In this document: one piece after another, positions 12,720 to 24,471 of the stretch
How the letters are laid out: every line of letters starts with the position of its first letter
Numbering within the stretch: the first letter of the stretch is position 1
Assembly: GCF_000315625.1 (NCBI RefSeq)
Contig: NW_005434636.1
Location: 207,298-271,297, forward strand
Source: Guillardia theta CCMP2712
Lineage: Eukaryota > Protista > Cryptophyta
DNA length: 64,000 nucleotides
Direction of reading: 5' to 3'
The notes under the pieces: model-generated
Database searches by the model: none
Told to the model about the DNA's origin: nothing
The model's input: the letters and a program-made list of their open reading frames with translations, nothing else
Position numbers and translations under genes: made by a program

Positions 12720-13712
12720 TCAATACAGGCTGCCGCGCGGCATGTAAACACCTGCGCTGTCCGTGTTCACGTCGTAGATGGAGATGTACCCCGTCGAATC
12801 GCAAGTTGCAAATAAACCGTTCTGCCTGCCTCCCGTTAACATGAAAGATCCTGCAAGTACTATCAGAAGCTATCCTTTCCTTCCCCTCCTTCCCCTCCCT
12901 CCCTCACCTCCCTTCATTCCCCTCCCTGCATCCCCTTGCTCCTGCCCCTTCCTCTCGTCTCCTTCTCCTTCTCTTTCTTCCTTCCCGTTCCCTTTTCTCT
13001 GCCCTTCTCCCTCCCCCTACTCTTCCTCTTCCTCTTCCTCTTCCTCTTCCTCTTCCTCTTCCTCTTCCTCCTTCACCGTCGATCCTGTACTCTTCCGATG
13101 GCCTCCTGCTCGACCTACAATGAGGGTCGTTCTGCCAGAGCCTACGGACATGTTCAGCTCCTCCTCCTCCTCGATCTTGACCGTCACATGATAGACGAGT
13201 ACATGCCCGAGGTGCGGTTGTCCAGTTTCCACACGGAGAACTGAGGAGATCCGAAGTTGACGAAGAAGCGCCGCTGAGGATCCAGAGCGATCTGAATGAC
13301 GACGGTCAGGAGGAGGGAGGAGGGAGGAGGGAGGAGGGAGGAGGGAGGAGGGAGGGAGGGAGGAGGGAGGAGGGAGGAGGGAGGCGAGGAGGAGGGGGTG
13401 GGAGAGAGGGGAGAGGGAAGGAAGGAAGGAAGAACGTGGGAGGAGGAGGGAGGAGGTCAGGAAGGAGGCAAGCGCAAATGGAAGGAACGAAGGAGGCAGG
13501 AGGAAGGAGAGAAACGGATGGAAAGGGAGGAGGGAAGAAGAAAAGAGGAAGGCGGGGAGGGAGGGGAGCGCAAATGGAAGGAAGCACCAACATGGTCGAT
13601 ATTCGACATCAGATTGTCTTGGAATTGAATCACACACATCTCCGGACGACGAATGTCGAACATCCTCATCATGCCATCTCCATATCCTGTTGGATCCTTC
13701 ACACCCTCCTCG

Positions 13713-13761
<49 letters not shown>

Positions 13762-16162
13762 GCTCCTCCTGCTGCTCCTCCTCCTTTTCTACCTCCTCCT
13801 CGTCCTCCTCCTCCTCCTCCTCCTCCTCCAACGCCTCATCACAGGCTTCCTGTCACCCTCTCTTTCCAATCCTCTCCTCAATTTCTTCTTTCTTAGCCTG
13901 CTGCCCACTATGTGCCTCCTCCACCTCCCCCTCCCCCGCCTTCTCGCCTCCTCTCGCCCTTCTCGCCTCTCCTCTCTCCTTCCTCGGCTCTCCCTTACCC
14001 AGCAAGCATGTGTATGTGTCGACCCACGTGTGAGATTGGAGGTTTTGATGCTTTGTCTGTTTGAGCGATCAGTAGGGTCGATGTAACCTCGGAAGATGTA
14101 CAAGATGACAAGAAAGCAACAAGTCAAACGAATGACTTGAACAAGACACTCACTTCAGCACTGAAACACAATAATAACAACAACAACAGAAACAAGAACA
14201 ACAAGATCAACAACAAGATCAACAACAACAAGATCAACCACAACAACAACAACAACAGCAACAACAACAGCAACAACAACACAGTAGTCACAAGTACGCA
14301 AAAAAGAAAATCCTTGTGACCTCACCTGCACCACGACGTTCCTCTCATACTTTCCGGCTCTGATGTCAAATACATGGAACACACCGCAGTCTGTCACTGC
14401 CGACGCCATCTTCGCCAAACTTGGATTCCAATGGCATGACGGCAACTTGCCCTTGGCTCTGTAGACAGAGTTCTCCGAGAGTCGACGAGAGCTGAGTTGG
14501 TCCGAGACAACTTTCTCTATGTCTGTGATGCAAACCTGCACTCTTTGATCACTCCTCCGCAAGCTTTTTCCTCCTCCTCGACCACCACCACCACCACCAC
14601 CACCTCCTCCTCCTCCTCCTCTTTTCTTCTCCTCCTCCTCTCACTCTTCCTTCCTCTCTCTCCCTCCCCCCTCCCCCCCCTCCTTCTCTTCATCTCCTTC
14701 TCCTGCTTCGCGTCATCCTCCACGTCCTCGTCCTCGTCCTCTTCCATCTCCTTGACGCCTACTCCTCCCCACCTTTCCATCGAGGCTGCAAGACAGGCAG
14801 AGGCTCCGTTGGAAGTTGTTGAGCTGCAAGGTGTTCACCATAGTGGCGAGCAAGCACAAGACATGTTACCTTGACATCTGTGATCTCATCGTCGTGTATC
14901 TTAGCGAGGTTGTACCTGGTCTTCATCGTCCCTTCCCCGTACTTCATCACCACCATCCTGGAGCCAACGGCAGCGAGCAGCTCCTGCGCGCTGATCCACC
15001 CCAGGCTCACGTAGCGGCAAGGGGGCAACTCTGAGGAGGCAGCGCAGGAGATCTTGGCCAACGGCGACCTCGCCACGTTGAGGACGCAGACTCGATCTGT
15101 CTGCTCTGAGCTGCTTGACGCTGCTGCTCTACAACAAGTTGCAACCGCCATCAACCCGGGCTCGAAGGGGCTGAAGCAGGGGCGAGCAAGGGAAACATCC
15201 TCCTCTTCCACCACCTTGGGCGCCAGCTCGTTCAAGTGCACGCGAACCAGAGGCCTGCTGCTCGGCAGCCTGCTGGGGTCCGGAGCCATGGCAAACACTC
15301 TCCTCAACACTTGATGGTGCTCCCCAAGGATCACACCCGCTGCCCTCATCTCCCCTCCCCTCCCTCCTCCTCCCGTGCCCGCTGAGCGCAGCACCTCCAG
15401 CCATTGCCGCCTGGAGCTGGCCATGGCGATGGAGTCTCTCGACATGCAGCAGGGCGGCTGCACCTTGAGAGAGTCTGTGGACATGTACTTCGCCTCCACC
15501 ACCATAACTTTGGGGTGCTGCTGACTGGCCCCTGACTCTGTGGCCGGGCCCTTGACCTTGACGGGGGTGGAGAGGGGGAAGGAGGGGCTGCTGTCCGAGT
15601 CAGAGCTCTCATCAATCATGAACTTCTTCCACGACTCGTCCTCGTACTCCCTCCGCACCCGCTCGCATGGGTTTGCGCTCTCCTCCCCAGCCTCCTCGCC
15701 AAAGAAGGATATTGCTTCCCGCTCATCCTCCAGGTACTTGAGCATCAGCTCCTGGCTCTGCTGTCCTCCATCGCACATGCTCACCGGCGGCTCTCCTGAC
15801 AGGTGCCAGTCGTTGTGCAGCAGGTGCTCCAGACCTGAGAACGACCGGCCGAGACAGTCGACAGACTTGGCTGTTCTGCTCATGCTCATGTCCTCAGACG
15901 TCTTGCCAAGTTCCATCAGCTCCTTGCCCGGCAAACTTGCGTCATGCGTCAAGTCCAGCTCATCGAGAGGAGGGTTCCCAGAGCATGTCAGGCCAGAGAG
16001 CCGCGACATGGTGGATCGGTTGAGCAGCGGGAGCTCTTGGCTGTCCACGGGCAAGATGGGGAATTCATCATCCAGAGAGTGAAGGGAGAAATCTATCAGT
16101 CTCTTGAACGAGTTGCTTCGCTCCATCTCGAGATGCGCGACGTCTTCGATGATTTCATCCAT
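12720..16162 (-). CDS. WD40-repeat protein with long low-complexity N-terminus, multi-exon
   Basis: KIHDDEITDVK; SCHWNPSLAKMASAVTDCGVFHVFDIR; GYGDGMMRMFDIR; last exon LFATCDSTGYISIYDV...SLY-stop at 12720. Confidence 0.75.
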
Positions 16163-16821
16163 GATGGACGTGCAGCAGCAAAGTCACCCCGGAGCTCCTG
16201 AATCCTTGTGACTGCGGTCAACCTGAGCGATCCAGCCCCTTCATCTATCCCACGGGTTTGTCCCGACGGTGCATTACCATCCTTGCTCCTACAGGGACTA
16301 TATCTCTCCTTCCTCTTCCTCTTCCTCTTCCTCTTCCTCTTCCTCTTCCTCTTCCTCTTCCTCTCTATCACCTGCTCCCCCTCCTTACCCCCTCCTTCAT
16401 TCGCCTGAGCGATGGTCAGACGAGACCTCCGATGGTCAAACTGGTCAACCGTGACTCGCCAAACAACTTGGAGGCCCTCGTCCCCGCCCTGACACCGCCC
16501 CTGTTTCACTCCGAGGCTCTGACTGGCTCGGGCTGCCGGCCCGGGCAGTCTGGCCCAGTCACTAGTCCGGGTGGCAGTCAAGTTCAGTGATGGTGTGGGC
16601 ACTCGGAATCGACTGACCCTACGGGCCTCAAGGCGAAGTTGGCAAATCACTCAAGTTTGCACAACGCATTCAAGCCGCAGTGTTGTTAAGTGTACATGTG
16701 TACTTGAAACATTCAGATGGTCTGATCCATCATGAAATAACATAGTGAAATTAGATCGGGTCGATGCAGAGCAATCTCAGACCTTCATCTAAAAAGCTGC
16801 AGAGATTTGCAGGCCAGTTTG

Positions 16822-17841
16822 TCAGGATCCACCGCGAGCGCCCCGAAGGTATTCGTACACACGACGCATCGTTTCAGTGTAGACAGGAGAGATGTCCTCT
16901 CTCAGCGCAGCGCGTCTCTCTTCATCAGTTTCCATTGTCATATCCCTCTTGAAGCGAGTGAAGCCGATGCTGTTTTCGATCTTGGTGACTATCTGATGAC
17001 AGGAGATACATAGGAGTTGGCACTTGTCAATCTCTGTGAACGCCTCCGTCAACGGTTTTCCATTCTCGACGATGTTGCACACAGAATCTCCCTTGTCAAA
17101 CATGTTCTCGTGGTCGAAGTGGAAATATGTCATCTTGTCCTCGCCCTGTATCTCGAACCCTGCTCCCTTGTGACAGAACGCACAACTCACCTTTCCATTG
17201 TCAACACAGTATTGCTGAATTTCTCTCCAACGCTCAGACATTTCTCCACGAAATAGATTGTCGTGACACTCCCGGCAATACATGTCTGAACCCCAAACCC
17301 TGGGAGCTGAAAAATGATACTGTTCGCAATGTGTACAAACAAATTTCAGGCCGTCCATGACTGCTTCAATCTTGGAATCATCCAATGACTGAACGACATG
17401 TTCAATATGCTGCCTCGCAGATATTTTCTCGAAATACTTCCGTTTCACGCTGTTTCCCGACCGGTTCAAGTCTCGTCCGATCTCATCCCAAGGAATATCT
17501 AGCTTTTGGCATCGCTGCACCAGCTGAACAAGCCTATCCTCCTGCTGGGGGGTCCACAACTGCCATGATCTCTTTGACTTGAACTTGATATTTATCGACT
17601 TTGCTGTCTCTTTCACTTTCGTTGTAAATGCAGTCAGCGACCGGGCGATTCCAAACTCAGCGATGTATTCCTCCAACCATTGGCTGTAGTTGGGTTCCTC
17701 CCGCTCTTCACCTGTCTGATCAGCCGGATCGCCTCCGGCTGCTCCTTCTTGCTCAGCTGTCCCCTCTGGGCTGCATGGTCTCAGCGCTCGGATCTTGTTC
17801 GTGATACTATCGATCTCTTGTTGCCCCCATCGTGGCGGCAT
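16822..17841 (-). CDS. Intronless Myb/SANT + Zn-finger + HNH endonuclease protein (339 aa)
   Basis: Myb: WTPQQEDRLVQLV...IPWDEIGRDLNRSGNSVKRKY; CTHC...CREC; HNH module CAFC...FHFDH...EIDKCQLLCISCHQIVT. Confidence 0.8.
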   Translation of the reverse strand: MPPRWGQQEIDSITNKIRALRPCSPEGTAEQEGAAGGDPADQTGEEREEPNYSQWLEEYIAEFGIARSLTAFTTKVKETAKSINIKFKSKRSWQLWTPQQEDRLVQLVQRCQKLDIPWDEIGRDLNRSGNSVKRKYFEKISARQHIEHVVQSLDDSKIEAVMDGLKFVCTHCEQYHFSAPRVWGSDMYCRECHDNLFRGEMSERWREIQQYCVDNGKVSCAFCHKGAGFEIQGEDKMTYFHFDHENMFDKGDSVCNIVENGKPLTEAFTEIDKCQLLCISCHQIVTKIENSIGFTRFKRDMTMETDEERRAALREDISPVYTETMRRVYEYLRGARGGS

Positions 17842-18456
17842 GTGTACACCCTGTCCACCTGCTCTATCCTAAATAGGAACACTCCTGAAGCTGGGGACGT
17901 CAGCTTGACTACCGGTGCATTGTAGCACAAACAAGGGGGTATAAAGGGGGTGATCCATGCAAAGTTTCACTAGTAGGTTTCTGTGGGGCAGTAATCTTCT
18001 ATTATTAATTCATTATCGCTGTCCCTTGCACGGAACTTGTCCGCGGCCTCCACCCCTTGGTGGGGTGGCAGCCAAGGGTAAGAGAAGTTCCGAATGGAGT
18101 ACTAAGTGAATAGGGGGTAGTATGAGGCATGCTGAAAAGCGGGTAGGCGTGCATGTGCCACAATGTGCAGGGAAGGGGAATAATCTTAGGCAGGAGAGAG
18201 GAGAGGAGAGGAGAGGAGAGGAGAGGAGAGGAGAGGAGAGGAGAGGATGGAAGGGGGGATGGGGAAGGGAAGTGGGAAGAAGGGAAATGATACCGAGGGG
18301 CAACAGGATTGTTTATGAGGTGGTGGTTCTATTGCTAAAAGACCATATATCCCTTCTCCTAGCGCCGAATCTTGACCTCCCCGCACTTGGACTTGAGGGA
18401 TCAATCTTACTTTCCCTTCTTCCTCGCAGTACCTATCGGCTGCAAGATCGTTCGCC

Positions 18457-21400
18457 ATGGCTCCTGTGAACCCTGTAAGATTTCCTACCCCTCGCGTGCA
18501 TAGTGACAGGACTTGCAGGAAGCCAAACCTGTCTACAACAATGACGTGGCTGTTGCTACCGCCATCGTGTCGTACTACCCATGTCCCAACGATCCGCACC
18601 GGCCCACCTCCATGCCAATCTACCAATCCTCCACCTTCGTGCAGCCGAGGTCAGTTGCGGTCGTCCATGGCCGACGCTGCTCCTGACCGCCCTGCTTCCA
18701 GTGCAACAGAGTTCCAGGAGTATGACTACACTCGCTCGGGGAACCCCACGAGAAGTGCGTTGGAGAAGCTGGTAGGATGCGATTGTGATGAATATGATGA
18801 TGATGATGAGGAGGAGGAGGAGGAGGAGGAGGAGGAGGATGGGAAGGTGGTGGTGGTGGTAGAGGAGGAGGAGGACGAGGACGAGGAGGTCGAGGAGGAG
18901 GAGGAGGAGAAAGGGGAGGAGGATGGAGATGACGGAGATGACGAAAGACGTTGACACTGTTCATGCTGATGATAATTTTCATGATCTTGATAATGCTGTG
19001 TCGCATCCATGTGTTGTTGATAGTTGAAGGAGAAGTTGAGGAGACGACAGGTCGCCGGCATGGAGGGCGCGCATGCAGCTTTCGCTTTTACGTCCGGGAT
19101 GGCAGCCTTGTCCTGCATGACTCGGTTGGTGAAGGCTGGAGATGAAATCATTTGCAATGCCGACATCTATGGCGGGATGTACCGCCTCCTGACAAAAGTT
19201 GCTACAAGACAAGGTCCCAAGAGACGAGATCAAGTTCGAGATGTTTCGATCTGAAGTCTTGCTGCTCGAAACAGGCATCACTGTCAAGTTTGTCCAGATC
19301 TGGAACCTTGAGGAGGTGCCTCACTGACTTACAGCAACTTCCTTGCTCATTCTTGAGGCAGGTGAAAAAAGCCATGACGAGCAAGACCAAGATAGTTCAC
19401 ATCGAGTCTCCTTCCAACCCCCTGATGATGGTGATTGCGGACTACTCAGATCAGCTTCCTCTCGCACCGGGGATGACAAGGGATTGACAGGTCACGGACA
19501 TTCGCGCGCTCTCCAAAATTGTGCATGAACGTGGCGCGCTGCTCACGGTGGACAACACGATCCTCACACCTCTCCTGATGAAGCCGCTCGAGCTCGGTCA
19601 GGAGGAGAGGAGGAGAGGAGGAGAGGACAGGAGATGACGAGGAGAGGAGGGGAGAGGAGGAGGAGGAGGAGGAGGAGGAGGAGGGTAGGGTAGGGGACGA
19701 GGGGACGAGTGGAGAATGAAGGGAGGGAAAGGATAGGATAGCGGAGGGTTGATTCAGTGATTGCTTCGCTGACCGCTTCTTGTACTCAGGGGCGGATGTT
19801 GTTGTCCACTCAGCGACTAAGGTGATGTGTGGAGAGATTGATGTATCCTCTTGCTCATGCGGTTGCTGCAGTTCTTTGGAGGACATGCAGACGTGATGTC
19901 AGGGTTCGTTTGCTGCAAGACGGAGGAGCTGAGCAAGCAGATCTACTTCCATCAGGCATGGAGGAGAAAAAGAGCGGAGGAGAAGAAGAGCGGAGGAGAA
20001 GAAGAGCGGAGGAGGAGGAGGAGGAGGAGGAGGAGGAGGAGGCGGAGGAGGAGGAGGACTGGAGGATTGGAGGAGGAGAAAACCGGAGGAGGTGAAACCA
20101 GGAGGAGGATGAAAGGGGAGCTGGTGGTGTTTGGTCAGCAGCAACTTACATTTCATTCAGAACGCTGAAGGGACAGGACTTGCACCGTTCGACTGCTGGC
20201 TGGTACTGAGGTGAGGGAGGAAGCGGGTGTGGTGGTGCAGCTGAAGTTCGGGCAGGGGGATCAAGACCATGGCCGTGAGGATTGAGAGGGGGATGAGCAA
20301 CACTGTGGAGGTGAACCATGAGGGGGAGGAGGGGTGGGCTGGGGAAGAGGAGGGGGAGGGGGAGGGGGAGGGGTCGTGGGTTCATGTTGCTGTCAGGTGG
20401 CAAAGTTCCTTGCTGCACAACCCATTGTGAAGAAGGTAAGTCTCCTCGTCCGACCCTGCGCTCCTCCTCCTCTTCCTCTCCTCCTCCTTCCCGTCTCCTC
20501 CTTGAATCGTCCCTCATCTCTTTATCAGGTTCACTACGCGGGAGTTCGCAACCTGGGCAAGGCCCAGAACTCAGCGGAGCAAGTGAGATGAGAAGCAAAC
20601 GAGGAGAGGAAGTAGAGTTGGGAAGGAGTCAGGGATGCAGTTGTAGATGGGAGGGGAGGGAAGGGGAGGGAAAGGAGGGGTTGTGGAGGAAAGGAGGGAG
20701 GGAGGGAGGGAGAGGGAAGCGAAAAGGAGGAGTGATGTTGCGGAGGTTTACCTTGGCGTCTAGGCTGTTCGCTACGACCTTCAGATGAGTCAATCGAAAG
20801 GAGCAGGGGTTCTTCTCTCCTTCGAAACAGGTAATGGAGCATACAGAGAAAGCTGGAGAATGGGAGGAAGGCAGAGCAAGGCAGGGGAAGCCGAGCATGG
20901 GAGGATGGAGCAAAGGGGGAGAGAGTTGGTGGGGAGGGAGGAAGGGCGTGTGGGGCTCAGAGGTTGGAGGTGCTGGGGATGAAAAGGAGGTTGAAGAGAT
21001 GACTTTGGAATTTTCAGGCAACGTCGAACTGTCACAAAGGATTGTATCAGCTCTCAAGGTTTTCTCTCCTCCTCAACTCTCCGCCTTCATTCCCTCCCCC
21101 ATCTCGACCTCTCCACAGCACTTGTCTGTCCCTCCCGCTCCCCCTCATCCTCCTCCATTCTTCTCTCCCGCTGCCCCACCACTCCCCGCCCCGTTCTAAC
21201 CGTCCTCCTTGCCCTCCTTCTCCTTGCCCCCGCGTCCTCCCTCCCACCCCGTCCTCCCCGTCTTCCCTCACCTGGCCTCCAGATCTTCAAGATCACCGTC
21301 TCTTTTGGAGGATGCTCCTCCGTCGTCGAGATGCCCTCAGTCCTCTCGCACGCCTCCATCCCTAAGGATGAGCAGGCAGGCATCCCTTGCAAGCCTCCGA

Positions 21401-21634
21401 GTCGCTCACGTTGAACTCGCAGCATATCCCTGCCGACCTGATCAGAATGTCGATCGGCATCGAAGACATCAAAGACATCATCGCTGTAAGCCCTTGCCTC
21501 GCCTTCGTCCTTTTCGTCCTCGTCCTCGTCCTCTGCTCTCCCCTCCCCCGTTGAGTTGGTTTTCGCAGGACATTCAACAAGCTCTCATCGCCGCGGGAGG
21601 ACCTTCTGCTGTAGCTGCTCAGAGTCGCTTGTAA
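18457..21634 (+). CDS. metC: Cystathionine beta-lyase (Cys/Met metabolism PLP enzyme), many exons
   Basis: SMPIYQSSTF; YDYTRSGNPTRSALE; AFAFTSGMAAL; DIYGGMYRLL; IESPSNPLM; VDNTILTPLLMKPLELG; HSATK-FFGGHADVMSG (PLP lysine); ITVSFGG...MP..LSHASIP. Beta-lyase rather than gamma-lyase/synthase is judged from the last motif. Confidence 0.88.
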
Positions 21635-23608
21635 TGAAGACAGTGACGATCGAACGGACCGGCGGTCACTTCGGTGTGTCAGCCGAGGCTCCGGCCAGTG
21701 GGCCAGCCTGCCGCAGTGCGTCCCACCCCGGCGTCGCCGGGCCCCGACCGACCGGTTGAGCCCGTGCCACTGCCGTGACTCGGTGAGGCTCGGTGCCGGC
21801 GTCCGACTCGGTGCCGGCGTACCGGGCGGCAACTTGCGGCAACCGGTATGGTACGGTACTAGTGACCCGGTACCGACCGTCAGAGCTCGGCGGCGGCTCC
21901 GGGCCTCCGGGCCCTGGCCGCCGATTTCAGTATTCCTGTCGCCGCACTAGCGTTTTGTCGGCTACCCTTTCAAGTTGAGTAAAACATAGTACTCCGACCC
22001 GATGAAGTCAGCACGGCATGACTGTGGGCATGACAAGTCAGCATATTTCCAGAGGCAGGCTTGTTATCTTGACGGGCCCCGTGCTCTTTACTACACTGTT
22101 ACTTCCACAAGAGGTTAGTCACAAGATACTCTGATGTCCTCGTGACTTCAACTCTAAACGTTTCGTTTACCTACCCCACAGCCCCCAGTTATGTGTGTTC
22201 CCACCCCCTCCTTTTAAAACTGATCTGACCGTAGTCCCATGTGACAAGATGCGAAGGGCTACAGAGTCGCTGACCTGGGGGTAGTAGTTTGCCTGTCTTT
22301 TGTACGGCCACTGTTATAATATGTTGGCAAGGGAGTTACTTATAGTGAATTACCTAAGGCTTTAATTGAAAAAATCTTTATCTTTGGGGCCACAGACGAG
22401 CGGTGAGAATACAGTTTGATTGAACTAGGTAGGGGTGGGTATATGGGGGCGACTATATGACTGCTGCGTGACCGACTCCTTCTCTCGGATTTGAAAGTTT
22501 AGTACACTCCATCAGTGGTGGGGTCATAGAAAATGGCAATACGGGTGATATATTTGTCTTACGGGTGATATTTACCTATCAAAAGGGGGTAAAATTCAAT
22601 TTCGAGAATCATGGAGGTGGGGTACTCTTTGGAATTCTTACAGGGTAGGGTAGTTTGCGAGAACGTCATCAAGCAAATTTGATTGTACAAGTGTAGGGGT
22701 GGGCACTGAGATATCGGGATAACACCCACATATACCCCCAAATATACCCTCTTTAGAATATGAAATAGGAGGGTGGGGTGTTGCAAAGAGAGGTCCAAGT
22801 GGGGTAGAGTATCAAGTGAAAGGTTGAGGTATTTCGGGTGTGCGCGTGACTGTGCAGCATAAAAACCTTTTGCAACCGATAGGGGGTAGGGTGGTCGAAG
22901 ATAGATAAAACCTCAGGTAGGGTAGTATGATGTCCTGCCCTGGTTCTGAATCTCCCCATGGGTAGTGGGTCTTGTGATCAAAGAACGGGGGTGGGAGTAC
23001 TTTGACTTCCTTGGAGGCAAAGAAAGAGGGGGTAGGGGTACAAACGAGGGTGTGGGGTAGTCCTGGGGGCGGATGTAATAACCAGGTGAAAGCAAATGCG
23101 GTGGGTCAGTGTTTCCCCAAGTATATCAGAGGAGGTAGGGGTGGTGATATCAAGTGAATTACACGCTTCAAAATGGAATTACTGGGGGTAGGGGTGGCAA
23201 GCAAATGCCGCCTAATAGGGTAGGGTACACCGGGACAGAAACTTGTGGCGATGCTGAGAGGAGTTAGGAGAGGAGATAAGAGTCGAATAGTAGAGGAATG
23301 AGGAGAAGGTAAATGGAACCAGGAAGATGAATGGGAAGAAGGTTTGAAAGGAAGTCAACATTCACAGTCATAGCATCTCTAGCTCATGATCGGAGATGGA
23401 TTTCAGGTTGATCCGAATGGATGACAACTTTTGCGATATCTGGCATTTTTGGTTTCGATGCGTGTATGTTTTTGTGAGGACGGAAACTTTTGTTGCAGTG
23501 TTGTTCTTTGCATGCCCTGCGATCAAGGAATCACTCAGCACGGTCTATGTCTAGAGTTCGAACGACTATATCGCATCATGAACTGTTCGATGGTCTCCTG
23601 ACAAGGTG

Positions 23609-24334
23609 ATGCAGGCGAAGGGGATGACAAGTGTGCTGGGCATTTCCAAGCAAACGGACGAGAGTTGCTGCGACAACAAGAGCAACACGCCGGAACCCTC
23701 TGATCTAGCAACCGTGCACTCCAACTCCGCGTACATGACTGACAGCGACACGGAGCGGGACATGCTGAATTTCGAAGTCAACCGCCCTGACGACATCAAC
23801 GACGCGAGCATGATAAAGGAAATCTCCGAGCACCTCGACCTTTCCATAGAGGAGAAAATGGACGCGCTCATGACGTCGACAGCAGTGACGGCTCGGCATG
23901 TTGATGTATCTTGCGTTCGGTTGATAGCCAAGAAGATGAAAACCAGAGTGGTGGAGAAGGATGCGCTGGTAATGAAGAGAGGGTGCACTGGGAGGTGCAT
24001 GTACTGGGTGGTACGCGGATCTTGTGTAGCCTTCTTTAACGGGCAGTGCTTCGAGCCAAGAGGGAGGGGACAGTGCTTTGGGGAGGTGGCAGTGGTGAAT
24101 GTTTGCAATAAGATGAGGGAGGGTGTGACGCTGGAGGAGGCGATCAAGACGAGTAGGAGGATGACGGACGTGGTGGCGCTGGAGCAGACAGTGCTCATTG
24201 AGCTGGATGCCGTGGATGCTCTGCCGCTAGTGAGGACAGCACCCAACCTGTGGCGTACACTGGAGGATCTAGCCAAGTTTCGAGTGAATCGAGTCAAAGT
24301 GGCGAGCGAGGAATGCTCGCAAGAGAAGGCATGA
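23609..24334 (+). CDS. Stand-alone cyclic nucleotide-binding domain protein
   Basis: VMKRGCTGRCMYWVVRGSC...GRGQCFGEVAV...RRMTDVVALEQTVLIELD follows the cNMP beta-roll pattern; no intron in the ORF. Confidence 0.8.
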   Translation: MQAKGMTSVLGISKQTDESCCDNKSNTPEPSDLATVHSNSAYMTDSDTERDMLNFEVNRPDDINDASMIKEISEHLDLSIEEKMDALMTSTAVTARHVDVSCVRLIAKKMKTRVVEKDALVMKRGCTGRCMYWVVRGSCVAFFNGQCFEPRGRGQCFGEVAVVNVCNKMREGVTLEEAIKTSRRMTDVVALEQTVLIELDAVDALPLVRTAPNLWRTLEDLAKFRVNRVKVASEECSQEKA

Positions 24335-24471
24335 CGTGTAACTCATCATGTGGTAACTTTGTATGAGAGGGGTAGAGATAGACTTTAACTGAGATATCAT
24401 GTTGTATTTTGTTGTGAAGTAAATCGTTTGCACTGCAACTTTCTACACGACTGTTTGACAACCACAGCACT

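Noticed and set aside
16822-17841. Fanzor/TnpB or IscB RNA-guided nuclease
   Set aside because: No RuvC D-E-D motifs or PLMP domain seen; only Myb, Zn-finger and HNH patterns
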